Shown here piece by piece: positions 33,980-43,357 of a DNA stretch of 64,000 bases. Position 1 is the first letter of the stretch. Every line of letters begins with the position of its first letter. The position numbers and the translations under genes are program-made. The DNA lies in NCBI GenBank assembly GCA_944391025.1, contig CALXSC010000110.1, positions 2,406 to 66,405 on the forward strand, in the 5' to 3' direction. The notes below the pieces were generated by a model, which saw only the letters and a program-made list of their open reading frames with translations, had not been told where the DNA came from and ran no database searches. Origin of the DNA: an uncultured Rickettsiales bacterium (GTDB lineage Bacteria; Pseudomonadota; Alphaproteobacteria; Rickettsiales; UBA1997).

Positions 33980-34506
33980 GTCTAAAAGCTAGTTTCGACC
34001 TGGATGACACAATCTTCGAGTGGTCAGATTATTATGTAAGTATTTTTGGTCCGCCTAAAACGGATGCAGAAATAACGAGAAATGTACGAAGAGTATTAAC
34101 TAAGGATAAAGACTTTTGGTTATCTCAACCCTTAATGGATGCTCCTGATTTCATTCCTCATTGTTATTGTACAGCTAGGATAATAAGTAAATCTGTTATT
34201 AAATATCAATTGCAGATTAATAAATTACCTAATGCTCCTATCTATCAGGTACACGGATATGGATTAAGTAAATATGCACAATTAAAGCGTTCTGGTGCTG
34301 ATGTTCATATTGATGACAGTGTATCTAATTTTATAGATCTTAATCTAAAAGGAATTCCTTGTTTACTTATAGATAGAGAACATAATAGAGACTGGGGACC
34401 AATTGGAAGAATATTTAATCTAAGGCAAGATCATATTATAGAAACATATCATTTATTTATGAAGACTATGTTTCCTCATTTTAAAGATCTTGTAAATGCT
34501 GCCTGA
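33976..34506 (+). CDS. HAD-family 5'(3')-deoxyribonucleotidase-like protein
   Basis: FDLDDTIF (DxDxT), HIDDS. Confidence 0.55.
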   Translation: MSLKASFDLDDTIFEWSDYYVSIFGPPKTDAEITRNVRRVLTKDKDFWLSQPLMDAPDFIPHCYCTARIISKSVIKYQLQINKLPNAPIYQVHGYGLSKYAQLKRSGADVHIDDSVSNFIDLNLKGIPCLLIDREHNRDWGPIGRIFNLRQDHIIETYHLFMKTMFPHFKDLVNAA

Positions 34507-35515
34507 TATTAAAATAATACCGCTTTTAGATACTCTTAGAATACAGAAAATTCCGGATAAAGAGTATTTTAGTAATACTTATAATGAATATATAAGTAAT
34601 TCTAGATTATCATTATTAAAATCAGACGGACCTGAAGCATTCTTCGAAGGTTTGAGTAAACATAATAAATATAGTGAGAGTCTAACTTTAGGATCATGCG
34701 TGCATGAATTAGTTTTACAGCCAGAATTATTTAATCTTTCAATGTTTGTTTTTAAACCCTCTGCTAAGATGGGTGCTATGGCTGACGAATTATATAATGC
34801 ATACTTAGATAATAAAGTAAATGACAATACTATAATTTCTGCATCAAATAAGATTGGCTATTATAAGGATAAAATGAATGAAGCTAAAATACAAGCAGTA
34901 ATTGATGCTTGTACTCCATATTGGATTCAGAGAAGAGAGTATGAGAAAACTCTTCCTGATTCTGATATAACTACTATATATTTAGATAAAAAAAGTGTAG
35001 ACAAAGTACTTAATTGTGTTACAGCTTTACAAAATAATCAGTATATACAAGAGTTACTTCATCCAACAGGGTTAATTATTGATCCTATATCTGAAAATGA
35101 ACAAGCAATTTTATTAGATGTAGAAGTACATGCTCCTAATCATACTCCATTTATATTTAAATTAAAAGCTAAACTTGATAATTATACTATAGATTTTGAA
35201 TCAAATACAATTATTGTAAATGATATTAAAACTATAGGAAAAATTCTACTAGAATTTGAAAATAACTTTAATACTTATTCTTATTATAGGGAATTGTCTA
35301 TATATTCTTGGTTATTATCTTTAGTAGCCAAGAAGTTTTATAATATGGAAAATGGATCTATTAAATCTAACTGTTTAGTAGTATCTACAATTCCCAATTA
35401 CTATACTAAAGTATACAGATTAACTAAAAGTGATTTCAGTAGAGGATGGGGTGAATTTTTGTCATTATTAAGATTAGTTGCTAAATTTTACATCGATGGA
35501 TATAGATTCAAATAA
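34496..35515 (+). CDS. PD-(D/E)XK exonuclease (RecE/DUF3799-like)
   Basis: GSCVHELVLQPE and IIVNDIKT (D-x-K) motifs. Confidence 0.6.
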   Translation: MLPDIKIIPLLDTLRIQKIPDKEYFSNTYNEYISNSRLSLLKSDGPEAFFEGLSKHNKYSESLTLGSCVHELVLQPELFNLSMFVFKPSAKMGAMADELYNAYLDNKVNDNTIISASNKIGYYKDKMNEAKIQAVIDACTPYWIQRREYEKTLPDSDITTIYLDKKSVDKVLNCVTALQNNQYIQELLHPTGLIIDPISENEQAILLDVEVHAPNHTPFIFKLKAKLDNYTIDFESNTIIVNDIKTIGKILLEFENNFNTYSYYRELSIYSWLLSLVAKKFYNMENGSIKSNCLVVSTIPNYYTKVYRLTKSDFSRGWGEFLSLLRLVAKFYIDGYRFK

Positions 35516-35825
35516 ATTAAAGCAGATATATAATCAGTATTTTTCTATGCAAGGATATGCTGATAGTATAAATACGAAGTTTGCTTTAATTTCTTTAATT
35601 TGTTATGTTGTAACTAAACTGCAGGAAAAGAAACCTGATGTAACTTTTTATCAAATTATAAAACAGTTATCAGGAGATAATATTCCTGCAGATTTAGTTA
35701 CTGGGTTATCCATTATGTGTGAAGACTTTTCTAATACTAGAAAAGATTTTCCCACTTTTGGAATAGAAGAGAAAGATATTCCAAAGAAGATAAAAGAAAT
35801 ATTTTTTAGCTGGACACCATTCTAA
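35496..35825 (+). CDS. hypothetical protein
   Basis: Track ORF 35478-35825; first ATG 35496. Confidence 0.6.
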   Translation: MDIDSNKLKQIYNQYFSMQGYADSINTKFALISLICYVVTKLQEKKPDVTFYQIIKQLSGDNIPADLVTGLSIMCEDFSNTRKDFPTFGIEEKDIPKKIKEIFFSWTPF

Positions 35826-35883
35826 GAGTCAGTAAATTAAAAATATTTTGTATGTCTCTATTTGGGGTAATTCAAATTGTATA

Positions 35884-35893
35884 TATATTTGCA
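35884..35893 (+). promoter_or_regulatory. TATATTTGCA -7 box with TTTG 19 nt upstream
   Basis: TTTG 35861-35864, N19, TATATTTG. Confidence 0.45.
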
Positions 35894-35976
35894 TTACTTA
35901 ATAAGATAATTCAGATGTTTTATAGAAGATGGTAGATGTAGGATATGAATTAATGTTTTAAAAATTTTTTTGAATT

Positions 35977-36528
35977 ATGACACAAGTAATGAATTTTAAA
36001 AGAATGGAAGTATTGGGAGCAACTAAAGAAGAAGCACTTGCTAAAGCTCCGTTTGATATTATGGGAGATGCTACACAAGCCTATAAGACTTGGATGAAAA
36101 AGCAACTTCATGGAGTAACTGATGAAGATAAGAAAGAATTTATGCTTGATTATCTGGCTAAGAAGTCTAAGAATGTTGCTGGTGTAGGTTTCGTAATTAC
36201 TCAGGAAGCTGCTGTAGCTGATACTCGTGAACGTCCTTATAAGATTACTGATGTAAAGAATGAACAAGGCGCACGTAAGTATAAGACTATTTATCAGCTT
36301 GTTGATACTGCCACTGGTGCAGTAGTAGCCGAAACCAATGAAACCAAAGCTAAGGCTAAGGAACTTGCTAAGGAATTGTATACGGATCACGGTTTTAAGG
36401 GTGATTTGGTTTGTACTTATACTAAGCAAGTTATTGAAGGCGAACCTGTAGCATTTAAAGTAAGTTATGCTCCTTCTAAGAGTGCTAAAGTTGGGAGCTA
36501 TGTCGTTTTCGGGTTTGAAAGACCTTGA
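35977..36528 (+). CDS. hypothetical protein, apparently monocistronic and strongly expressed
   Basis: Track ORF 183 aa; own promoter box and strong terminator; GC-richer codons; a full-length antisense ORF is a composition artefact. Confidence 0.8.
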   Translation: MTQVMNFKRMEVLGATKEEALAKAPFDIMGDATQAYKTWMKKQLHGVTDEDKKEFMLDYLAKKSKNVAGVGFVITQEAAVADTRERPYKITDVKNEQGARKYKTIYQLVDTATGAVVAETNETKAKAKELAKELYTDHGFKGDLVCTYTKQVIEGEPVAFKVSYAPSKSAKVGSYVVFGFERP

Positions 36529-36555
36529 TATTATTTTAAAATTAAACATTCTGAA

Positions 36556-36590
36556 AACATTGGCTAGAAATAGTCAATGTTTTTTTTTTG
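36556..36590 (+). terminator. strong intrinsic terminator
   Basis: 11-bp stem AACATTGGCTA/TAGTCAATGTT, GAAA loop, T10. Confidence 0.8.
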
Positions 36591-36595
36591 TTTAT

Positions 36596-36961
36596 ATGGA
36601 AAATACTTTTAAAATTTTAGTCGCAATTGAGGCTTATAATTACAGCCCAATAGATGGTGAAAAACTTGTAACAGTTTTGAAGCCTACAGAAGAAGACATT
36701 ACAGTGTATCAATATTTAAGACATAACTGTTGCTTAGATTATACTTTAATGCAAGAATTTCTTAAATATTTAATATTTAAATCTCTTCCAGCAAATGAAT
36801 TTAACATGTTCGATCCTAGTCTTAAATTGAATATTGTAAAAGATAGTAGGTTTAATTGGGGAGACTTTAAATTACTCTGCTATAAGGATAATTATTACGA
36901 TTTAGAAGAAGATTGGAATTGGTTCTGCAATACTTATCAATATAAAGAACCTTATAAATAA
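36596..36961 (+). CDS. hypothetical protein
   Basis: Track ORF 36467-36961 trimmed to first ATG after the terminator. Confidence 0.65.
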   Translation: MENTFKILVAIEAYNYSPIDGEKLVTVLKPTEEDITVYQYLRHNCCLDYTLMQEFLKYLIFKSLPANEFNMFDPSLKLNIVKDSRFNWGDFKLLCYKDNYYDLEEDWNWFCNTYQYKEPYK

Positions 36962-37021
36962 GATATAACTTTTAAAAGCTTAATAGCTTAATTTAAAATT
37001 GAATAAAACAATTAAAAATAA

Positions 37022-38578
37022 ATGAAGTGGTCAACAATAAAGAAATATACGGATCTGTTAATTAAAGTAAAAGAGAGTGGGTTGTCTTTTAATAAGTACT
37101 GTACTGATAATGGAATTAACCCAAGTACTCTATACAGTACTATAAGTAATATTAAAAAACAGAATGAAATAGAAAATACAGCAGTACGCAATCTCTTAGA
37201 ATTATATTATTCTGTAATTAATGAAAATTATACAGATGCAACTTGGATGGAAGAGGTCGATACTGATGATAGAGCTGAGATTTCTTATATTAGAGATAAT
37301 AATGATAAAATTCAATATTATTCTTATCAAATATATAGAAAGAATAAAGTACCTTTAACTGGTAAATTGTCTAGAGAAGAGATGGCTTCTATTTATAGGC
37401 TATATTCATATTATGGAGATTCTCTTACTCAGAGAGTAGTATCTAGACATTTTGTTGACTTATCCTTAATTGATCTTAAACGAATTCTTCGTGCATTTAA
37501 TATTACTAAAGCTTCTGGACCATTTCCCCCTCATATGCTCGAAGAACTTTCAGAGGAAGAATTACGTGAAATTCAACTACGTGAAAAAGAAAATAGCTTT
37601 TTAAGGAAAGCGGAAGAAGATCAAATAAAGAATAACGAAAAACTTCTTCGTAAGTATGCAAATGAAAATATTGAACTTAAAAAGCAACTTGAAACATTTA
37701 GTAATTTTAAAGTTGAATTTTCAACTGACTTTAAGCCTATAGATACTCCTCCAGCTAATATAAAGTCAGTGAAAAATATTAATTTATATTTAGCTGATAT
37801 GCATATTGGAGCATCCGTTTGGACTGGTGCGGTATACAAAGAAAATATAGGTTATGGCAGAGATGAAGTGAGACGCCGACTTACTGAAGTTTACAAAAAA
37901 CTTCAAGAACTTGGGCAATTTGATACAATTAATTTAGTATTATGTGGAGATAATATTGATTGTGCTGGTGTATTTGGGAAAACTGCTAGATTAGATCATG
38001 ATATGCCTGAGAATATGGATCCAAAAGCACAAGTCAATATTTTCTTAGAAACTGTAATATGGTTTATTCATTCTATTATATATTCAGAATATCCATTATG
38101 TAATCAATTAAATGTATATTCTGTTCCAGAGGGAAATCACGGGGGTAATTTGGAATATGTAGCAAATAAAGCACTTATGGCTACTATAAATGCTATATTC
38201 CCTAGAGTTAAAACTACTCTCTTTGAAGAATTTTATGGTAAATTTGAGCAAAATGGAGAAACCTTTATTGTGATGCATGGAAAAGATCAAAAATTCATGA
38301 AGAAAGGCTTTCCTAATAACTTAGACGATAAAACCAAAGTTCTTTTGTATGAATGGTTGTCTCAAAACAATCTTTTAGGTAAGAAAGTTCATATTGTAAA
38401 AGGAGATTTACATTCTGACAATTTTAATTCATGTTATTTATTGGATTATAGGAATGTATTAAGTCTCTTTGGAGCTTCTGATTATGCTAATTATAACTTT
38501 AGTAGGAATTCTTATGGAGTATCCTATGATCTATTTATAAATAATAATTTAGTAAAAGGTACTTTTGAAAATATTTAG
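37022..38578 (+). CDS. HTH domain fused to calcineurin-like metallophosphoesterase (ends in TAG)
   Basis: N-terminal GLSFNKYCTDNGINPSTLYSTI; LADMHIG, CGDNID, GNHGG, MHGKD, GDLHSD. Confidence 0.7.
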   Translation: MKWSTIKKYTDLLIKVKESGLSFNKYCTDNGINPSTLYSTISNIKKQNEIENTAVRNLLELYYSVINENYTDATWMEEVDTDDRAEISYIRDNNDKIQYYSYQIYRKNKVPLTGKLSREEMASIYRLYSYYGDSLTQRVVSRHFVDLSLIDLKRILRAFNITKASGPFPPHMLEELSEEELREIQLREKENSFLRKAEEDQIKNNEKLLRKYANENIELKKQLETFSNFKVEFSTDFKPIDTPPANIKSVKNINLYLADMHIGASVWTGAVYKENIGYGRDEVRRRLTEVYKKLQELGQFDTINLVLCGDNIDCAGVFGKTARLDHDMPENMDPKAQVNIFLETVIWFIHSIIYSEYPLCNQLNVYSVPEGNHGGNLEYVANKALMATINAIFPRVKTTLFEEFYGKFEQNGETFIVMHGKDQKFMKKGFPNNLDDKTKVLLYEWLSQNNLLGKKVHIVKGDLHSDNFNSCYLLDYRNVLSLFGASDYANYNFSRNSYGVSYDLFINNNLVKGTFENI

Positions 38579-38581
38579 AAT

Positions 38582-38962
38582 ATGAAAATTTATATAGTAA
38601 CAGAATGTGGAGGGGAATGGGAAGATGCTTATGAACTTCCGATTGTTGCGTGTAAATCTAAAGAATTAGCAGAAAAAGCTAAGATAAAATTAGAAAATGC
38701 AAGAAAAGATTTCAAAATTTCGTCTGATAAGTGGGATGAAATGTATTCTAAACTTGACGAAGTAGAGGATAAAGAAGGTTTATATCCTACAATAGAAGAC
38801 GGAATGGTAGCTTTATTTCCTGAATACACACTTGAAGATATTAAACAAGCTATGTGTTTATATGATACTTATGATAATTATATAGGTATTCAAATAAAGG
38901 AAGTAAACTATGCGGAATCTGAGAACGATATAAATAAAATAATTAATGAATATAACCATTGA
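38582..38962 (+). CDS. hypothetical protein, in frame with 37022-38578 across TAG-AAT
   Basis: Track ORF 126 aa. Confidence 0.65.
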   Translation: MKIYIVTECGGEWEDAYELPIVACKSKELAEKAKIKLENARKDFKISSDKWDEMYSKLDEVEDKEGLYPTIEDGMVALFPEYTLEDIKQAMCLYDTYDNYIGIQIKEVNYAESENDINKIINEYNH

Positions 38963-39707
38963 TCAACTTTTAAAAGGAAAAGAAACTATTATAAAAGGAA
39001 AAGAGTATTTAAGTACTGAAGCTTATGTTACTCCGTTTCTAGAAAGAATGTCTAAAATTACTGATGATTTTAGAGTTCAAGTAAAGATGCCTGATCAAAT
39101 AACTAAAGATGCTGATGTAGAAGACATTACTTACAATAGAATAGTAATCCAAGCTGTACTTCCAGATGAACTTATAATTGACCATTCTCAGGTAATTGGA
39201 TTTGTGTTGGGGCTAGATGTGCGTAAACCTGTAGTTAAATTTTATAATGGAGCACTAGATAGAGTATGTACGAATCTTTGTGTATTTAGTCCTGATCAAT
39301 TATTTTGTCAAGAAGTAGAACCTGAAACTCCTTTAAAATATAAAGCCCTTGATACCATTATTGATAATATAGAAAGTACTGTAGAATTTATTAGAAAAAT
39401 GAAAAATACTCCGTTTAATTGTGAATATTCAAATACTAGTGAACAATTAGGGAATTGGATTAAATGTTGTATGAATGTTTCATTTGATCAAGGGTTTGGT
39501 AAAGTTAAATTATCTACAAGTACTCCGATTGATGCTTATAAACTATTATTTGTAGATGATGAATCTAGGTATTTTGTAAAAAATCCTACTACTGATTTAT
39601 ATAATGTTTATGGAGCATTTACTCAGGTGATTACTGATGGTCTTAAAAGAGATATAATGAATACTTTTGAGAAGACCTATATTGTTAAGCAAATTCTTGG
39701 ATTTTGA
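38946..39707 (+). CDS. hypothetical protein (possibly DUF932-like)
   Basis: Track ORF 253 aa; RVCTNLCVF resembles the family's vC.N motif from memory only. Confidence 0.6.
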   Translation: MNITIDQLLKGKETIIKGKEYLSTEAYVTPFLERMSKITDDFRVQVKMPDQITKDADVEDITYNRIVIQAVLPDELIIDHSQVIGFVLGLDVRKPVVKFYNGALDRVCTNLCVFSPDQLFCQEVEPETPLKYKALDTIIDNIESTVEFIRKMKNTPFNCEYSNTSEQLGNWIKCCMNVSFDQGFGKVKLSTSTPIDAYKLLFVDDESRYFVKNPTTDLYNVYGAFTQVITDGLKRDIMNTFEKTYIVKQILGF

Positions 39708-39725
39708 TAATTAAAAATTAATTAC

Positions 39726-39735
39726 TATATTTGTA
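39726..39735 (+). promoter_or_regulatory. TATATTTGTA -7 box, followed by a second box-like TATAGTCCATCTTTGCAG
   Basis: Exact 10-mer; the ATCTTTGCAG 10-mer also occurs in the left arm of the 9709 repeat. Confidence 0.45.
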
Positions 39736-39798
39736 ATTCTATAGTCCATCTTTGCAGATCAATTCTTGGACATAATAGATATTAACAAAAAATATATC

Positions 39799-39975
39799 AT
39801 GACAACAGATAAACAAAAGAGAGCAATATCTTTTTGTGAATCTTGGTTAAAAATACAATTTACTGGAGACATCAATAATTTTAAAGATGTCTCCAGTTTT
39901 TGTCTATATACCTAGATGAAGCAAAATCTATTGCAGAAGATGCAGTATCGTCTTATTATAGTAATTTTGATTATT
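39799..39975 (+). CDS. small ORF with apparent frameshift at a T5 run
   Basis: Frame 0 gives MTTDKQKRAISFCESWLKIQFTGDINNFKDVSSFCLYT-TAG. The +2 frame after AGTTTTTG gives FLSIYLDEAKSIAEDAVSSYYSNFDY-TAA, ending 1 nt before the RNR ATG. Confidence 0.35.
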
Positions 39976-39976
39976 A

Positions 39977-42223
39977 ATGTCCGAAAAAGAGTGGTTAAAT
40001 AACAATCAATTATCTCTCGATATATGGAATAAAAAATATCGAGTAAAAAATGAGTCGTTCGATGAGTGGCTTAACAGAGTAAGTGGAGGAGATGAAGACA
40101 TAAGACAATTAATCTTAGAGAAAAAGTTCTTATTTGGTGGAAGAATTCTAGCTAGTAGAGGAGTTACTGATAGAAAAGTTACATATAGTAACTGTTATGT
40201 TATTACTCCGCCTGAGGATAGTATAGAATCTATATTTGAAACAGCTTCAAAATTAGCTAGAACTTATAGCTATGGTGGAGGATGTGGTGTAGATATTAGT
40301 AATTTAAGACCAAAGAATGCTATTGTTCATAATGCTGCTAAGAGCACTTCCGGTGCTGTAAGTTTTATGGACTTTTATAGCTATGTAACAGGACTAATTG
40401 GCCAAAGTGGACGTAGAGGTGCTCTTCTTCTAACCTTAGACTGTTCTCATCCAGATATAGAAGAATTTATTAACTTAAAAACTAAGCAAGGAGTATGTGA
40501 GAAAGCAAATATTAGCATTAGAGTTAGTGATGATTTTATGAATGCTGTGGAAAATAATGAGGACTGGATAACAGAATTTAATAGTCCTGAAACTGGTAAG
40601 ATTACTAGAACTTTTAAAGCTAGAGATCTTCTTATGCTTCTTGCAAAAAGAAATTGGGAATGGGCAGAACCGGGATTAGTATATTGGGATACTATAGAGA
40701 GCTATAATATGCTTAATAACAATCCTGAATTTAAATATTCTGGACTAAATCCGTGTGCGGAAGAGAGTTTACCTGCTGGAGGTAGCTGTTTACTTGGAAG
40801 TATTAACTTAAGTGAGTTTGTAGATAATCCATTTACTGCAGATTCTACTGTTAATATAACCAAATTAGAATTAGCAGTGCATACTGCTGTTAAAGGACTA
40901 AATAAAGTTCTTCTAGAAGGAATGAATTTACATCCTCTTCAAGAGCAAAGGGAATCTGTTAATAATTGGAGACAAATTGGTTTAGGAACTTTTGGACTAG
41001 CAGATCTACTTATAAAAATGGGTATTAAATACGGTTCGTCCAAAGCAATTGATGTTATTAACATTATTTATAAGACTATTGCAGTAGAAGCTGTGAAAGA
41101 ATCTCTTAATATTGCTAAATCTGAGCAAGGAATGTATCCTAAATGTAAACCAGAATTAGTTGTAGAATCTAATTTTATTAAAAGCTTAAATTTAAGTCCT
41201 GGAATCTTAAATGAAATAAGACAATATGGATTGGCACATAGCCAGATACTTACTTGTCCTCCAACTGGAAGTACTGCCACCATGTTTCAGGTTTCTACAG
41301 GTTTAGAACCGAACTTTGCGTTAAAATATACAAGAAAGACGCAATCCTTAAATGGAGAAGATACATATTATGATGTTAATGCAAAAATAGTAGAGGATTA
41401 TATTGAAGCTACTAAAAATAAAACATTGCCAAACTATTTTATAACATCTGAAGATATTCGTCCATTAGATAGAATTAAAGTTCAGAGTACTATACAAAAA
41501 TATGTTGATGCGTCACTAAGTTCTACCGTTAATCTCCCTAATGAAGCTACTATAAACGATGTTTATGATATATACGTGGCAGCATGGAAAGCAGGATGTA
41601 AAGGAGTTACAGTATATAGATCTGGATGTTATAGAGAAGGTATCCTTACAGTTGAGACACCTAAAGAAGAAGTTAAAAAAGAATCCACACACGAACTAAA
41701 AAGAGGTGAAGTAATTCCTGCAGGTAATAATTGGATAGGATTAAAACGTATTCTCGTAACAGGCTGTGGATCACTTCATTGTACAGCATATTTTGATCCT
41801 AATAATGGTGAATTACGTGAATGTTACTTGTCTAAAGGGTCTACAGGAGGCTGTCAAATCTTTATGATAGGATTATCTCGATTTATTTCACTATCTGCTA
41901 GAGGAGGAATAAAAATTGATGATATACTTGATCAACTAAAATCATGTGGGACTTGTCCATCTTATGCCGTAAGAACTGCAACCAAAAAGGATACTTCTAA
42001 AGGATCTAGTTGTCCTGTTGCGGTAGGTAAGGCTTTAAAAGAGATGTATGATGAATTTCAGAATTTAATTATAAATAAAGATTTAAAACATACTCCTGAT
42101 ATTGAGCCAAAAGTTATAGTAGAACCTACTTATGAGGAATGTCCTCAATGTCATGAGAAAACTTTAACACACGTAGGAGGATGTACAACCTGTCCTTCTT
42201 GCGGATATAGTAAATGCGATTAA
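39977..42223 (+). CDS. ribonucleotide reductase, large catalytic chain; probably class II (B12-dependent)
   Basis: SNCYV, NPCAEESL...GSCLLGSINL, TCPPTGSTA, GCKGVTVYRSGC, C-terminal CPQC...CPSCG zinc ribbon; no small-subunit gene in the window. Confidence 0.85.
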   Translation: MSEKEWLNNNQLSLDIWNKKYRVKNESFDEWLNRVSGGDEDIRQLILEKKFLFGGRILASRGVTDRKVTYSNCYVITPPEDSIESIFETASKLARTYSYGGGCGVDISNLRPKNAIVHNAAKSTSGAVSFMDFYSYVTGLIGQSGRRGALLLTLDCSHPDIEEFINLKTKQGVCEKANISIRVSDDFMNAVENNEDWITEFNSPETGKITRTFKARDLLMLLAKRNWEWAEPGLVYWDTIESYNMLNNNPEFKYSGLNPCAEESLPAGGSCLLGSINLSEFVDNPFTADSTVNITKLELAVHTAVKGLNKVLLEGMNLHPLQEQRESVNNWRQIGLGTFGLADLLIKMGIKYGSSKAIDVINIIYKTIAVEAVKESLNIAKSEQGMYPKCKPELVVESNFIKSLNLSPGILNEIRQYGLAHSQILTCPPTGSTATMFQVSTGLEPNFALKYTRKTQSLNGEDTYYDVNAKIVEDYIEATKNKTLPNYFITSEDIRPLDRIKVQSTIQKYVDASLSSTVNLPNEATINDVYDIYVAAWKAGCKGVTVYRSGCYREGILTVETPKEEVKKESTHELKRGEVIPAGNNWIGLKRILVTGCGSLHCTAYFDPNNGELRECYLSKGSTGGCQIFMIGLSRFISLSARGGIKIDDILDQLKSCGTCPSYAVRTATKKDTSKGSSCPVAVGKALKEMYDEFQNLIINKDLKHTPDIEPKVIVEPTYEECPQCHEKTLTHVGGCTTCPSCGYSKCD

Positions 42224-42226
42224 TTA

Positions 42227-42373
42227 TGGAAGGAAAATATATTGTAGCCGACTATTCTACTTCGGTAGATCTTGCCTCTGGATTAAATCAAATGTCTAAT
42301 GAAGGTTATCGTCCATTATTTATGGATAGAACTTCTGGAGGCTTTATAACTGTAGTTTACGAAAAAGAATGAT
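42227..42373 (+). CDS. small hypothetical protein (48 aa)
   Basis: ATG 4 nt after RNR stop; ATGA overlap with next ORF. Confidence 0.4.
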
Positions 42374-42710
42374 TTCTCAATCTATTATTCCTGAACAAAC
42401 TACTTTAATTCTAGATTATGATGAAAAGAATTTATACATACATGAATTAAGTGGTATGATCAGAGGAAATAAAGATATTACATGTGTCTTATTTAAAGGC
42501 ACTGTAAATTTATTTGATATTAATTTATCTGCTTCTATGATTAAGAATTATGAGAATAATATATTAACAGCGTGGGAAGGAGATGAATTAAAAGAAGAAA
42601 TAGAGTTAAAGAATTTTAATTATATTAAACTAAAGGATAAACTTTATTCTGTAGAAATATCTAATGAAAAAGGAAATCCAATGTATAGTTTAATTGAGAT
42701 ACGACTATGA
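42369..42710 (+). CDS. hypothetical protein
   Basis: Track ORF 113 aa. Confidence 0.65.
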   Translation: MISQSIIPEQTTLILDYDEKNLYIHELSGMIRGNKDITCVLFKGTVNLFDINLSASMIKNYENNILTAWEGDELKEEIELKNFNYIKLKDKLYSVEISNEKGNPMYSLIEIRL

Positions 42711-42895
42711 AACTAATAGGATTTATACTTATTACGATAAGTTTATTTAAACTATTAATTGTTTATTTAATAAGTTCACAAAAGAGTCCAATAGTTATAG
42801 AAGACTTAGAAAATTATAAAATAACAGCAATTTATCTTGTTTTCTTAGATATGTTTATTGGAGCACTTGGTGGAGCTTGTTTATATTACTTATGA
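42707..42895 (+). CDS. hypothetical membrane protein
   Basis: Track ORF 62 aa, two TM helices. Confidence 0.6.
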   Translation: MKLIGFILITISLFKLLIVYLISSQKSPIVIEDLENYKITAIYLVFLDMFIGALGGACLYYL

Positions 42896-43149
42896 AAATA
42901 TATGTAATATGCAATAAAAATGACGAAATGAAGATTAGGGAATCTACAAAAGATTCCCTAAACTTTTATTTTATAGACCCTACTACTTCTAAAGGGATAA
43001 AAGAATCTAGATCTTTAAAGTCTCATTGGGCTGCTAGAAAAGATCCGTTTGCTTTAATAGAAGAAAATAATAAACCTATAAAAGCATTTTATTCTGAAGC
43101 AGAGGATGTAGTTACTAACTTAATTAAATATTTAAATGAAAAGATGTAG
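42892..43149 (+). CDS. hypothetical protein
   Basis: Track ORF 42877-43149 trimmed to ATG 42892 (ATGA overlap). Confidence 0.6.
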   Translation: MKIYVICNKNDEMKIRESTKDSLNFYFIDPTTSKGIKESRSLKSHWAARKDPFALIEENNKPIKAFYSEAEDVVTNLIKYLNEKM

Positions 43150-43357
43150 TTTATCAGGTATCTATATATTTGATACCTTAGATGGAGAAGAAAAGAGATC
43201 TCCAACATGTATTGAAGATTGTAAATATGAAACTAGAGATAAGTGGTTAAACACTCTTGAAAAAGAAGCTCTAGTTAATACTGTTCATCACTTATGTGAT
43301 ACTTTAAAACAAATTAGTGAACAATTCGGAATAACAAGTAATCCTGATGAAGAATAA
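43136..43357 (+). CDS. hypothetical protein
   Basis: Track ORF 73 aa. Confidence 0.6.
   Translation: MKRCSLSGIYIFDTLDGEEKRSPTCIEDCKYETRDKWLNTLEKEALVNTVHHLCDTLKQISEQFGITSNPDEE

Noticed and set aside
35950-36549. 199-aa minus-strand ORF covering the whole of 35977-36528. Similar antisense track ORFs occur at 2397-2642, 3746-3952, 4916-5149, 7405-7635, 10300-10527, 13166-13489, 13673-14116, 17618-17830, 22733-22915, 23621-23803, 29187-29387, 29809-30021, 30574-30903, 30756-30962, 30987-31184, 33135-33323, 34579-34827, 37621-37839, 38108-38290, 38629-38829, 41068-41283, 43509-43715, 47776-48036 and 50393-50617.
   Set aside because: Each lies entirely inside a + strand gene that has recognisable motifs or operon context. 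Their translations are low-complexity (Ile/Phe/Ser/Asn/Lys-rich), and they lack plausible starts or neighbours. They are shadow frames produced by codon periodicity.
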